The notes under the pieces are model-generated. The model saw only the letters and a list, made by a program, of their open reading frames with translations, had not been told where the DNA came from and did not search any database. Below, piece by piece: positions 20,786-30,995 of a stretch of DNA of 64,000 nt. The stretch lies in the IMG/VR virus record IMGVR_UViG_3300042260_000241. One strand, given 5' to 3'. Position numbers and translations under genes: made by a program. Position 1 is the first letter of the stretch. Each line of letters starts with the position of its first letter. The DNA is from a virus (Duplodnaviria > Heunggongvirae > Uroviricota > Caudoviricetes).

Positions 20786-21322
20786 ATGACTACACGAACT
20801 CTTACATGTCCTTTGCCAGAAAACATTAATCCATTATCTCCAAATGGATACATGTTTACGCTTCAGCGTTTGCCAGAATTAAGTTACTTCTGCCAAGAAG
20901 TATCTTTGCCAGCAATTACGTTACCCGAAGCAACGCAATTAAACCCATTCTCTAAGATTCCATTATCGGGCGATCAGATAGACTTTGATACTTTACGTGT
21001 TCAGTTTTTGATTGACGATAAGATGAAAAACTATCGTGCAATTCATGATTGGATTGTTGGTTTAGGATTCCCAGAAAACAATAGTCAATATACACAAACT
21101 ATTGAAGTTTCCAATATGCCTGGTCTTTCAGAAGTTGCAAAATCTACTTCAGACGCAACTTTAATCATTCTTGGTAATAACAATATGCCAATCCAAGCAA
21201 TTCAATTTGCTGATTGCGTACCAGAAAGTTTAGAATCAATTACGTTTGTTTCTAACAATCAAGACGTCCAATATCTAATTGGATCTGCTTCTTTCAGATA
21301 TACATACTACAAATTTATATAA
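20786..21322 (+). CDS. gp3: Tail tube terminator / completion protein gp3
   Basis: NPLSPNGY.F, SYFCQEVSLP, GDQIDFDTLRVQFLID, NYRAIHDW. Confidence 0.85.
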   Translation: MTTRTLTCPLPENINPLSPNGYMFTLQRLPELSYFCQEVSLPAITLPEATQLNPFSKIPLSGDQIDFDTLRVQFLIDDKMKNYRAIHDWIVGLGFPENNSQYTQTIEVSNMPGLSEVAKSTSDATLIILGNNNMPIQAIQFADCVPESLESITFVSNNQDVQYLIGSASFRYTYYKFI

Positions 21323-21323
21323 T

Positions 21324-21352
21324 TGTACAATCTAATTGATACATGTTATAAT
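21324..21352 (+). promoter_or_regulatory. Sigma70-type early promoter
   Basis: TGTACA-N17-TATAAT with extended -10 TG; same architecture recurs nine times in the window. Confidence 0.75.
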
Positions 21353-21372
21353 GTATCATAAGGAGATTTATT

Positions 21373-21810
21373 ATGACACTAGATGAATTACATGACTTGT
21401 GGGATGTTGATTGCGCGATTGACGATGATCGTTTAGATCGTGAATCTGTAAAAACACCAAACTTACATGCAAAATATTTGCGCTATCTTATTCAGCATAA
21501 GATGAAACTTGCTGCGCTTCAAACAGAATATAACCTTATGCGCCAGCGTAAGTTTAGATACTATCGCGGTGAAATGGGAAAGAATGAGTTAGATGAACTC
21601 AAGTGGTCTCAATGGCAGGGTGTTAAACCTCTTAAAAATGAGATGGAAGAATTCCTTGATGGTGATCAAGACTTGAACAAGATCACTATTAAATGTGAAT
21701 ATATAAAGAATATGATCGAAGCATTAGAGTCTATACTCAATCAGATTAAATCTCGTGATTGGCAGATTCGTAATGCTATACAATGGAAACAATTCGTGGC
21801 AGGTTCATAA
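21373..21810 (+). CDS. uvsY: Recombination mediator UvsY
   Basis: TPNLHAKYL, KFRYYRG, IKSRDWQIRNAIQW. Confidence 0.9.
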   Translation: MTLDELHDLWDVDCAIDDDRLDRESVKTPNLHAKYLRYLIQHKMKLAALQTEYNLMRQRKFRYYRGEMGKNELDELKWSQWQGVKPLKNEMEEFLDGDQDLNKITIKCEYIKNMIEALESILNQIKSRDWQIRNAIQWKQFVAGS

Positions 21811-23291
21811 TGATTAATGTTGAGAAGATAAACGACGTACATATTAGAATTTTTACAGACCCAGGTGTAGCGCAGGAAATTTCAGAATTTTTCACATTTG
21901 AAATGCCTGGGGCAAGATTTACTCCACAGTACAGAGCAAAGTTGTGGGATGGTAAAATTCGTATGTTTGACTTACATCGTAAGACTCTATACGTTGGTCT
22001 TCTCAAATATCTTCTTGACTTTGCAGAACGTAATGGTTACGAAGTAAAGTATCTTAACGATATCGATACTCACGAAGATATCGATCTATCTCAATTAAAA
22101 GAATTCTTAAATTGGCTTAATCTTCAAGGTCGTGGAAAACCTATTGAAATCTACGACTATCAGATTGAAGCTATTCATCATGCGTTAGAAAATAAACGCT
22201 GTCTTCTATTATCCCCAACGTCTTCAGGTAAGTCGCTAATCATTTATTCTACGATTAGATGGCATCTCGAACATTCGCGCAAGTGTATTATTGTTGTACC
22301 TACAACTTCTTTAGTTGAACAATTATACTCAGACTTTGAAGATTATTCTTCTGCAAACAATTGGAAAGTTGCTAGACATTGCCAAAAATTGTATTCTGGA
22401 TTTTCAAAGGACTTCCAAGCTGATGTATTGATTACTACATGGCAATCGATTGTTAAACAACCTGCTACATGGTTTAAACAGTTTGATGTCATCGTTGGTG
22501 ATGAAGCTCATACTTTTAAAGCTAAGTCTTTAACTTCTATCATGGAAAAACTATCTTCTTGTTCTTATAGAATGGGTACTACGGGAACGATAGATAATAA
22601 GAAGGTACATAAACTTGTGTTAGAAGGAGTCTTTGGTGCAGTACATAAGGTTATATCCACTAAACAATTAATGGATACTGGCCGTGTAGCTAAGTTAAAA
22701 ATCACTGGTTTACTTCTAAAGTACGATGATGTCACACGACAAATTGTCAATAAATCTTCTTATCAAGAAGAAATGGATTTCATTGTTAAACATGAACAAA
22801 GAAATAAGTTTATAAGAAATCTCACACTTGCGTGTGAGGGGAATACATTAGTTCTATTTCAATACGTTGAAAAACATGGCAAAGTTCTTTACGATATGAT
22901 TAAAGAAAAAGCAGGAGATAAACGTAAAGTGTTTTTCATCTATGGTGGAACTGACACTGAAGCAAGAGAAGCTGCTAGAAAATTGATGGAAAAGGAAGAT
23001 GATGCAATCTGTATTGCCTCCTTCGGAGTTTTCTCTACAGGAATTAATATTCCATCAATTGAAAATGTAGTATTTGCTTCACCTTCTAAATCTAAGATTC
23101 GTAATCTACAATCTATTGGTAGAGGATTACGACTTAAGGAAGGAAAGTCTCATTGTAATTTGTTTGATATTGCTGATGACTTCCAGAGAAAGTCTTGGAA
23201 GAATCATACTCTTGGTCACTTTGCAGAAAGACTCAAGATATATTCTGAAGAGCAATTTGACTATAAGATAGTAGAAGTACCAATACAATAA
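21810..23291 (+). CDS. uvsW: SF2 helicase UvsW
   Basis: SPTSSGKS, DEAH, GTTGT, QSIGRGLR. Confidence 0.95.
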   Translation: MINVEKINDVHIRIFTDPGVAQEISEFFTFEMPGARFTPQYRAKLWDGKIRMFDLHRKTLYVGLLKYLLDFAERNGYEVKYLNDIDTHEDIDLSQLKEFLNWLNLQGRGKPIEIYDYQIEAIHHALENKRCLLLSPTSSGKSLIIYSTIRWHLEHSRKCIIVVPTTSLVEQLYSDFEDYSSANNWKVARHCQKLYSGFSKDFQADVLITTWQSIVKQPATWFKQFDVIVGDEAHTFKAKSLTSIMEKLSSCSYRMGTTGTIDNKKVHKLVLEGVFGAVHKVISTKQLMDTGRVAKLKITGLLLKYDDVTRQIVNKSSYQEEMDFIVKHEQRNKFIRNLTLACEGNTLVLFQYVEKHGKVLYDMIKEKAGDKRKVFFIYGGTDTEAREAARKLMEKEDDAICIASFGVFSTGINIPSIENVVFASPSKSKIRNLQSIGRGLRLKEGKSHCNLFDIADDFQRKSWKNHTLGHFAERLKIYSEEQFDYKIVEVPIQ

Positions 23292-23366
23292 TAGTTTGTA
23301 CCCAGAGATACATTATAAAACCAAATGTACACTATGTAAAATCTAAAGTGCGATATAACAAAAAAT

Positions 23367-23395
23367 TTTACAAGAGGCAAATTTTAGTATATAAT
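23367..23395 (+). promoter_or_regulatory. Sigma70-type promoter upstream of gp55
   Basis: TTTACA-N17-TATAAT. Confidence 0.7.
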
Positions 23396-23420
23396 TGATC
23401 ATTATAACACCGGAGTTCTA

Positions 23421-23969
23421 ATGGCAACACACTATGTAAATAATGCCGAAATGCTTGAGTCTATCAAGAAATATAAGGCAGATCTAAAAGAAGCACGTGC
23501 CAATGGACAAGATGACCCGCGAATTCCAGAATACCTTGGTGAGTGTATTTTGAAGATTGCGACTAGATTGTCCCATAAGCATAACTTTATCAATTATTCA
23601 TATCGTGATGATATGATTCTAGATGGTATTGAAAACTGCATACAGTGTATGAACAGTTTTGATCCAGAAAAATCATCAAATCCATTTTCGTATTTTACCC
23701 AAGTTATCTACTTTGCTTTCCTTCGAAGAATTGCAAAGGAAAAGAAACAATCTTATATTAAGGGTAAACTTATTCAAGATCTTGCATTTGAAACTTTTGA
23801 ATTACAAGATCACGACGATGATGGCGACTTTAAAAATGCCTATGCATCTTTCATGCAAGCTAATTCAACATTTGATGATTCTTTTATAAAAGCTAAAGAA
23901 AAGAAAAAGAAACCAAAATCTGAAACTTCATTAGAAAATTTCTTGCAAGAGGAACCTAAAGATGAATGA
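23421..23969 (+). CDS. gp55: Late transcription sigma factor gp55
   Basis: HYVNNAEM, NFINYSYRDDMILDGIENC, NPFSYFTQVIYFAFLRRI. Confidence 0.95.
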   Translation: MATHYVNNAEMLESIKKYKADLKEARANGQDDPRIPEYLGECILKIATRLSHKHNFINYSYRDDMILDGIENCIQCMNSFDPEKSSNPFSYFTQVIYFAFLRRIAKEKKQSYIKGKLIQDLAFETFELQDHDDDGDFKNAYASFMQANSTFDDSFIKAKEKKKKPKSETSLENFLQEEPKDE

Positions 23970-24111
23970 TAGAACTTGGCTTGATAAAGTTGCTTTAGCT
24001 GCATCTGTGTATTGTGAAAGACCTGATGTAAACGAAGATGAAATTGATAAGTTCATCGAATTCTTGTTTAAAGCTTATGGATATGAATGTTTATTGAAAG
24101 CACCTAAATGA
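23962..24111 (+). CDS. 49-aa hypothetical protein (not in ORF track)
   Basis: MNDRTWLDKVALAASVYCERPDVNEDEIDKFIEFLFKAYGYECLLKAPK; overlaps gp55 end and the next ATG (ATGA). Confidence 0.6.
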   Translation: MNDRTWLDKVALAASVYCERPDVNEDEIDKFIEFLFKAYGYECLLKAPK

Positions 24112-24503
24112 AAATTGGTTTTACTTGTTCATGTTTTGATTTGTTTCATGCTGGTCATGTTTTGATGTTAGAGGAAGCAAAAACAGTATGTGATTATCTT
24201 ATTGTTGGTCTACAATCAGATCCAACTATTGATAGGCCAGAGAAGAATAAACCTATTCAATCGTTATATGAAAGATTTGTTCAATTAAAAGGTTGTAAGT
24301 TTGTAGATGAAATCGTTGTATATGATACAGAAAGCGATTTGCAAAATGTTTTAAGATCTCTACCAATTGATGTTCGTATTCTAGGAGAAGAATACAGAAA
24401 CAAATATCCAACTGGTTGGGAATTACCTATTGAAATGTATTACAACAAACGTAATCATTCTTTTAGTTCTACTGAACTTAGAAAGAGAATAAAAGAACAA
24501 TGA
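24108..24503 (+). CDS. TagD-like cytidylyltransferase
   Basis: FDLFHAGH HxGH motif, LIVGLQSDP, ERFVQL, RNHSFSSTELR. Confidence 0.85.
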   Translation: MKIGFTCSCFDLFHAGHVLMLEEAKTVCDYLIVGLQSDPTIDRPEKNKPIQSLYERFVQLKGCKFVDEIVVYDTESDLQNVLRSLPIDVRILGEEYRNKYPTGWELPIEMYYNKRNHSFSSTELRKRIKEQ

Positions 24504-25555
24504 AAGTTGCAATTATAACTGATCAACACTTTGGTGCTCGTGGCGATAGTGTTCAGTGCCTAGATTATTATGAAAATTTCTATAGTACCATATTCTTTCC
24601 TAAATTGCAAGAACAGGGAATTAAGCACATCTTAATATTAGGCGATACATTCGATAGACGCAAGTTTGTGAATTTTAACACACTTGCTCGTGCTAAAAGA
24701 ATGTTCTTTGATGTTGCATACGACAATGATATCATGATTACTATGATTGCGGGTAATCATGATACGTATTACAAAAATACAAACGAAATCAATAGTCCAG
24801 AATTAACGCTTGCCGAATACGTTAATATCAATGTTGTAACTAAGCCGGAAACTATTGACGTATATGGAGTACCAATTTGTTTTCTACCTTGGATCTGTGC
24901 AGACAATTACACAGAATCCATGAACGAAATAAAGAATACAAAATCAGACATTTGCATGGGGCATTTGGAAATTGCAGGATTTGCAATGTATAGAGGGGCA
25001 GAATCGCATGATGGATTATCTAAAGACTCGTTTAACAAGTTTGACATGGTTTTTTCAGGACACTATCATCATAAGTCTGACGATGGTCACGTGTTTTATC
25101 TTGGCAACCCGTACGAACTAACGTGGCAAGATTATAATGATCCAAGAGGATTTCATATCTTTGATCTTCAGACACGTAAGTTAGAATTTGTACAAAACAC
25201 TTTCTCTCTATTTGAACGATTTGAATACGATGACACAGAGTTTGATCCCGATAATGTTGATCATAGTATCTTTTCAAACAAATATGTAAAAATCATTGTC
25301 ATTAATAAAACAGATTTTTATAGATTTGACAAATTTATCAATAGACTGTATCAATCAAATCCTCTTGAAGTTAAAATAGTAGAAGACTTCTCAGAATTTA
25401 CTGAAGGTGAAGTAGACGAAACTATTAATTTAGAAGACACTTCTAGTGTGTTGTCTAATTATATTGACTCGCTTGAAACAGAAGTTGATAAGGAAAAGGT
25501 TAAGAGCTTCATGAAATCTTTATACACTGAAGCTCTCAATAGGGATATTGCATGA
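24500..25555 (+). CDS. gp47: Recombination endonuclease gp47 (Mre11-like)
   Basis: TDQHFG, LGDTFD, GNHD, GHYH metallophosphoesterase motifs. Confidence 0.95.
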   Translation: MKVAIITDQHFGARGDSVQCLDYYENFYSTIFFPKLQEQGIKHILILGDTFDRRKFVNFNTLARAKRMFFDVAYDNDIMITMIAGNHDTYYKNTNEINSPELTLAEYVNINVVTKPETIDVYGVPICFLPWICADNYTESMNEIKNTKSDICMGHLEIAGFAMYRGAESHDGLSKDSFNKFDMVFSGHYHHKSDDGHVFYLGNPYELTWQDYNDPRGFHIFDLQTRKLEFVQNTFSLFERFEYDDTEFDPDNVDHSIFSNKYVKIIVINKTDFYRFDKFINRLYQSNPLEVKIVEDFSEFTEGEVDETINLEDTSSVLSNYIDSLETEVDKEKVKSFMKSLYTEALNRDIA

Positions 25556-27264
25556 TCATATTTAAAACTCTGAGTTGGCGTAATTTTTTATCTACGGGCA
25601 ACTCTGAAAATAAAATCCTACTCAATAAATCGCAAAGTACTCTCGTCGTTGGTCGCAATGGTGAGGGTAAGTCTACCATGCTCGACGCATTGACATTTGC
25701 TTTATTTGGTAAACCATTTCGAAATATCAATAAGCCACAGTTGATCAATTCAATAAATGGTAAGAACTGCGTCGTAGAAATTGAATTCGATATTGGCACA
25801 AATGAATACAAAGTTATTCGTGGTCTAAAACCAAACGTGTTTGAAATTTGGCTAAATGGTACGAAGGTCAATCAAGACGCTGCTGCTAAAGATTACCAGA
25901 ATATGCTTGAACAACAAATTCTTAGATTGAACTATAAGACTTTTACACAAGTTATTATTCTTGGGTCTGCATCATTTGTTCCATTCATGCAATTACCTGC
26001 GCATCAACGACGTGAAGTGATTGAAGATATTCTTGATATAGGAATCTTTTCAACAATGAATCAGATTCTTAAGGAGCGTATTAATGAAAACAAAGATGAG
26101 CTCAACGCAATTGAGAATAAGATTGAAATCGCGAAAAACAATGTTGAGGTTCAGAAAAAACTCATTGGGACATTGGTTAGTTCTAAGAAAGAACAAGTGG
26201 ACCAGATTCGTAAGCAAATTGCGCATAATGAAGCAGAGATTGAGGCAAACAACAAACGTTGGGAAGAGTTAAACGATCAGATGACTGAAATGATGATCGC
26301 TGCTGATAATGCTAAAGAACTAGAAGAATCTATTACTAAAGCAACTAAAGCGTATGACAAACTTCTTCATAAGAAAGAATCACAAGACGAAGCATTAAAT
26401 TTCTTTACTGAAAATGAAACATGCCCATCATGTTCGCAGGGAATTCCACACGAACATAAGACGAGTATCATCGAGAAAATCACAATAGATCAACGTGCTG
26501 TGATTGAAGACATTGCTATTATTGAAGAAGCACATGCTAAATTGCTTACTCGTCAAACAGAACTCAATAGAGTTAATAAAGAATTATTAGCTTTAAACGT
26601 TCAAAGCAATGCGTGTATAAGTTCTAATAAGATATTAAGTAAGCAAAACGAAAAACTTGAAGCTGATATCGCTGCAATGAAACAAGATACTGCTAATGTA
26701 GATGAAGAAAGACGCAAACTCAAAGACATTGCAGATGAAGCATTAGTTCTTATTGATAAGAAAAATCAATTATTTAGTGAAAAACAAATCCACGAAATAT
26801 CCTCAATTTTACTAAAAGATACAGGAATTAAAACTGCTATCATTAGAGAATACTTACCAGTCATGAATAAGTTCATCAATGGATACTTGTCTGCTATGGA
26901 TTTTTATGTTCACTTTGAGTTAGACGAATCTTTCAATGAAGTGATTAAATCCAGATTCCGTGACGAGTTTACTTACGCAAGTTTTTCTGAAGGTGAAAAG
27001 ATGCGCATTGACTTGGCTATACTTTTCACTTGGCGTCAAATCGCTAAAATGAAAAACTCTGTGAATACAAACCTTTTAATTCTTGACGAAATCTTTGATT
27101 CTTCTCTCGATAATTCTGGTACAGACTATTTCTTATCAGTGATGAATGCTCTTGGAGATAAGTCAAATGTGTTTGTCATCTCACACAAAGGTGACCAACT
27201 TTTCGATAAGTTCCATTCTGTTATTAAGTTCGAGAAGAAGAATGACTTCTCTTCAATAGTCTAA
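25552..27264 (+). CDS. gp46: Recombination ATPase gp46 (Rad50-like)
   Basis: GRNGEGKS, CPSC zinc hook, FSEGEK, LILDEIFD. Confidence 0.95.
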   Translation: MIIFKTLSWRNFLSTGNSENKILLNKSQSTLVVGRNGEGKSTMLDALTFALFGKPFRNINKPQLINSINGKNCVVEIEFDIGTNEYKVIRGLKPNVFEIWLNGTKVNQDAAAKDYQNMLEQQILRLNYKTFTQVIILGSASFVPFMQLPAHQRREVIEDILDIGIFSTMNQILKERINENKDELNAIENKIEIAKNNVEVQKKLIGTLVSSKKEQVDQIRKQIAHNEAEIEANNKRWEELNDQMTEMMIAADNAKELEESITKATKAYDKLLHKKESQDEALNFFTENETCPSCSQGIPHEHKTSIIEKITIDQRAVIEDIAIIEEAHAKLLTRQTELNRVNKELLALNVQSNACISSNKILSKQNEKLEADIAAMKQDTANVDEERRKLKDIADEALVLIDKKNQLFSEKQIHEISSILLKDTGIKTAIIREYLPVMNKFINGYLSAMDFYVHFELDESFNEVIKSRFRDEFTYASFSEGEKMRIDLAILFTWRQIAKMKNSVNTNLLILDEIFDSSLDNSGTDYFLSVMNALGDKSNVFVISHKGDQLFDKFHSVIKFEKKNDFSSIV

Positions 27265-27279
27265 AACTAAAGTTTACAG

Positions 27280-27308
27280 TTTACAATAATTCGTCTTTGT
27301 GATAGAAT
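27280..27308 (+). promoter_or_regulatory. Sigma70-type early promoter
   Basis: TTTACA-N17-TAGAAT with TG; shares TTTACAATAATTCGTC with the promoter at 29366. Confidence 0.7.
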
Positions 27309-27314
27309 TTCTAT

Positions 27315-29348
27315 ATGAAATCACAAAGCCAAGACATTCTAGCCAAGCTGTTAGCCACTGAAAATATTACGGTTGTCCGTAGTAATGTGGCAACAGCTTC
27401 GTTTGACATTAAGAATCGCGTTCTAACACTTCCTCGTTGGAAAAAACTTACAACTGAAATTGAAGAAATGCTTATTCTTCATGAAGTTGGCCACGCACTT
27501 TATACGACTGAAGAAGGGTATGGAATCGTTCATACACCTGAAAAACGATATCTTAAAGGATACGCGAATATCATTGAAGATGTTCGTATTGAAAAGAAGA
27601 TGAAGGAGCGATATCCTGGATCTCGTAAGTCGTTCAACTTGGGTTATACACAACTCAATGAACGTGACTTCTTTGGCATCAAAAACAAGTCATTTGATGA
27701 TCTTCTTCTCATTGATCGTATCAATCTATATTACAAAGCTGGTTATTCATGTGGTGTACAGTTCACTGCAGAAGAATATGTTTTTGTTCAACGTGCCGAT
27801 CGCTGCGTAACTGAACAAGATGTGATTGATCTGTCTGAAGATATCTTTGAATTCTCTAAGCAAAAAATGCTTGAAGAACAAGAAGAACAACAAATGCAAC
27901 GCAAACTTGTTCGCAGCGATGACGAAGATGATGAAGAGTTTGAAGAAACATCTTTTGACGACGATATTGAAGATCAAATTCAACCAGAAACAAATGATGC
28001 GTTTGACGATGCACTGAGTAAACTTCAAGATCGTGATTCTAGAACATATTATTTAGAACCCAAGTTTGAAATTGATAACACAGATCCAATTGTTCCTTAC
28101 AAACAGATCATCGATGAATTGACTTTGAATCAACATAGCGATACACTTTTAAAGTGGAAGCAGAACGCAAACACTTTCAAGATTGAAAGCAACAACATTG
28201 TTAATTATCTTGTTAAAGAATTTGAAATGCGTAAGTCTGCTACTGCACATAAACGTATACAAATTTCTAAACTTGGTCAATTGGATATGCGTAAACTCTA
28301 TGCATATAAGATTAAAGAGGATTTGTTTAAACAGGTTGCATCTGTTCAACAAGGTAAAAATCATGGTATGATTTTTCTTCTTGACTGGTCTGGATCTATG
28401 TCTAACAATATGGTTGAAACAGTAGAACAAGTCGTTAATTTGGCTATGTTTTGCCAAAAGATAAAGATTCCATATCAAGTATTTGCATTTAGTGATGGTT
28501 ATGTAAATGCAAACCGTATTCAACCTACAAACGATATGATTAATGAAAATGGTATTGATAACGTCAATGGTTTGACATTGTTTGAGTTGTTCAGTGATAA
28601 GATGAGTACGCGTGATTTCAATTCAATGACAGAAGTTCTTCTTAGTCAACCCTGGCACAAGAATTACAACTATACTTTGAATGGTACTCCTTTGAATCTA
28701 GCACTCATGTATATGTGTGATCATGTTGGTGAGTTTATTCGCAAGAATCAAGTTGAAAAGATGAATATAGTTGTATTGACAGATGGTGAAAGCAATGCTC
28801 TTCATCACTATGACTACACTAATAAAAACAAATCTGGTATTTCAAATGGTCAAACTACTATCGTAGAGAATGGTCAATATAAGCGTGTAAACGCTACAAC
28901 TATTCTGCGTGATCATATTACACGTAAAGAATATGTCTTTACTGATACTGCTAGTCAACAAACCGGTGTTCTTCTTCAACTTATGAAAGATCGATATAAC
29001 GCCCGAGTTACTGGATTCTATATTCTTGGTAGTTCTCACAGAAACATAGAACGTTTTATTCAGTATAATACTGAAGAAGAAATTATTAAAAAGAATGGCG
29101 GCCGTTATCATATGGCAATCGAACTTCAGGCTAAACTTCGTAAAGACAAAGCAGTTGTTGTTAAGTACATTCCAGGACGCGATGAAATGTACTTGATTCT
29201 GAGTACAAACAAAATTGTTGATGAAGAATTGGAAAATGTTAATTCTGATATGACTGCAACACAGATTTCTAAACAACTTACAAAGATGTTTACTACACGT
29301 AAAACATCTAGGGTTGTGCTGAATAGTTTCATTGGAGTCGTTGCCTGA
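27315..29348 (+). CDS. CobT-like protein: N-terminal HEXXH domain plus VWA domain
   Basis: LHEVGH, NIIEDVRIE, acidic linker, MIDAS motif LDWSGSM, GTPL, VLTDGE. Confidence 0.8.
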   Translation: MKSQSQDILAKLLATENITVVRSNVATASFDIKNRVLTLPRWKKLTTEIEEMLILHEVGHALYTTEEGYGIVHTPEKRYLKGYANIIEDVRIEKKMKERYPGSRKSFNLGYTQLNERDFFGIKNKSFDDLLLIDRINLYYKAGYSCGVQFTAEEYVFVQRADRCVTEQDVIDLSEDIFEFSKQKMLEEQEEQQMQRKLVRSDDEDDEEFEETSFDDDIEDQIQPETNDAFDDALSKLQDRDSRTYYLEPKFEIDNTDPIVPYKQIIDELTLNQHSDTLLKWKQNANTFKIESNNIVNYLVKEFEMRKSATAHKRIQISKLGQLDMRKLYAYKIKEDLFKQVASVQQGKNHGMIFLLDWSGSMSNNMVETVEQVVNLAMFCQKIKIPYQVFAFSDGYVNANRIQPTNDMINENGIDNVNGLTLFELFSDKMSTRDFNSMTEVLLSQPWHKNYNYTLNGTPLNLALMYMCDHVGEFIRKNQVEKMNIVVLTDGESNALHHYDYTNKNKSGISNGQTTIVENGQYKRVNATTILRDHITRKEYVFTDTASQQTGVLLQLMKDRYNARVTGFYILGSSHRNIERFIQYNTEEEIIKKNGGRYHMAIELQAKLRKDKAVVVKYIPGRDEMYLILSTNKIVDEELENVNSDMTATQISKQLTKMFTTRKTSRVVLNSFIGVVA

Positions 29349-29365
29349 CAAAGGCCTGACGGCTA

Positions 29366-29394
29366 TTTACAATAATTCGTCCATTTGATATAAT
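29366..29394 (+). promoter_or_regulatory. Sigma70-type early promoter
   Basis: TTTACA-N17-TATAAT with TG. Confidence 0.75.
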
Positions 29395-29400
29395 TATATT

Positions 29401-30516
29401 ATGAAAACTGATCAAACATTCCTCGATACCCTCTTCCAAGAATTTCCGGATACAAAAACATCTGGGCATGTTAATCGTGCACAGATTGTCCATGTAATGG
29501 AAAAACTTGATACCTCTAAATGGCCAACTTGGCTTATGCAACACAAGGCAGGACGTGGAGTCTATGTTCTTCCTGGAAGCAATGTTGTACACAAAGAAGA
29601 ACCGCAACCAGTGATTGTCAATATGGAAGACACGTCTAGCCTCATTCCTAAAGTAGATTCGAACTACGTCCCATTCGGAAACCATAAAGACATTGATACT
29701 ATTATCAAGTCTCGTCAATTCTATCCTGCTTACATTAGTGGTCCCACTGGAAACGGGAAATCCACAACCGTCGAACAGGCGTGTGCCAAAAACAAACGTC
29801 CTCTTATTCGTGTTAACTTGAATATGATGACTGACGAAGATCAACTTATTGGATCTAAAACTCTAGTTGATGGTAACGTAGAAGTTGTAGAAGGCCCAGT
29901 CATCATTGCAATGCGTAATGGCATTCCCCTTCTACTCGACGAAATTGATGCAGGTTCGGCAAACACATTGCTTTGCTTGCAACCTATCCTTGAAGGTAAG
30001 CCATATTACTTCAAGCTAAAAAATGAATTGATCTATCCAGCTCCCGGTTTCACTGTTTTTGCTACTGCAAACACTAAAGGTAAAGGCAGTGATGATGGTC
30101 GATATATCGGTACTAACGTTCTGAACGAAGCTTTCCTAGAACGTTTCGCAATCACTTTCAACCAAGACTACCCAAGTGCTTCTGTTGAACGTAAGATTGT
30201 CATGAATCTAATGAAGTCCTTGTCTTGTGAAGATGAAGAATTTGCAGATACACTTACTAAGTGGGCTGATGCAATTCGTAGGACTTTTGCAGATGGTGGT
30301 GTGGATGAAACCATTACTACCCGTCGATTGGTACACATTGTACGTGCTTATTCTATCTTCAAAGATAAGAAGAAAGCAGTAGAACTTTGTATTAATCGAT
30401 TTGATGACATCACTCGAAACGCATTTGCAAATCTTTTTGAGAAGGTGTCTACTCCGGAAGTTCTACAAACTCCTGAAGTTCAAATTGAACAAAAGGATGT
30501 TGAAATCCCATTCTAA
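29401..30516 (+). CDS. CobS/MoxR-like AAA+ ATPase
   Basis: GPTGNGKS, LLLDEID, ATANTKGKG, LNEAFLERF, TTRRL. Confidence 0.9.
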   Translation: MKTDQTFLDTLFQEFPDTKTSGHVNRAQIVHVMEKLDTSKWPTWLMQHKAGRGVYVLPGSNVVHKEEPQPVIVNMEDTSSLIPKVDSNYVPFGNHKDIDTIIKSRQFYPAYISGPTGNGKSTTVEQACAKNKRPLIRVNLNMMTDEDQLIGSKTLVDGNVEVVEGPVIIAMRNGIPLLLDEIDAGSANTLLCLQPILEGKPYYFKLKNELIYPAPGFTVFATANTKGKGSDDGRYIGTNVLNEAFLERFAITFNQDYPSASVERKIVMNLMKSLSCEDEEFADTLTKWADAIRRTFADGGVDETITTRRLVHIVRAYSIFKDKKKAVELCINRFDDITRNAFANLFEKVSTPEVLQTPEVQIEQKDVEIPF

Positions 30517-30522
30517 TTGGGG

Positions 30523-30551
30523 TGTACAATCATTCCGGGTTGTGATATAAT
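30523..30551 (+). promoter_or_regulatory. Sigma70-type early promoter
   Basis: TGTACA-N17-TATAAT with TG. Confidence 0.75.
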
Positions 30552-30573
30552 TTAACTATCAAGGACTTTTATT

Positions 30574-30933
30574 ATGAACTATTCTGATCTGACAAAAACT
30601 CAAAAGCGTTGTATTGATGCTTTCGTTAAACTTCGCCCTGAACTTGCTTCACAGGAAACGATTACTCGTACTGAAATTGAAGATATGTTTAAACAGTTGT
30701 ACGATAATCGTGAATCTGGTGGCGAAAAGATTGGTTACCCAATGTGGTTGGTTAAGGGTGAAAAGACTGGTCGTGGTGTTTACAAATTCCCCGCACCAGC
30801 TCTTGCCAAAACTGAAGTTAAATCTTCTAAGTCTGTAAAATCTAATTCTGCTACTTCTCAGATCAAAACTGACGAAGAAGATAAAGAATTTTTTACAGAT
30901 CTTAAAGAATATGGTATTATGGAAACAGCTTAA
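30574..30933 (+). CDS. Hypothetical early protein
   Basis: 119 aa; the KxGRGVYxxP motif also occurs in the N-terminus of the CobS-like ATPase (KAGRGVYVLP). Confidence 0.6.
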   Translation: MNYSDLTKTQKRCIDAFVKLRPELASQETITRTEIEDMFKQLYDNRESGGEKIGYPMWLVKGEKTGRGVYKFPAPALAKTEVKSSKSVKSNSATSQIKTDEEDKEFFTDLKEYGIMETA

Positions 30934-30995
30934 TAAACAAGCTGTACATTTTAAGGCGTAAGCAATTGCGCCTCTTTTTTAACTATGGAGTTATT

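Noticed and set aside
29401-30516. Cobalamin biosynthesis auxiliary gene (cobS)
   Set aside because: It is a MoxR-type AAA paired with a VWA protein, and no other cob genes are present
30943-30970. Additional TGTACA promoter
   Set aside because: No -10 hexamer at 17-nt spacing
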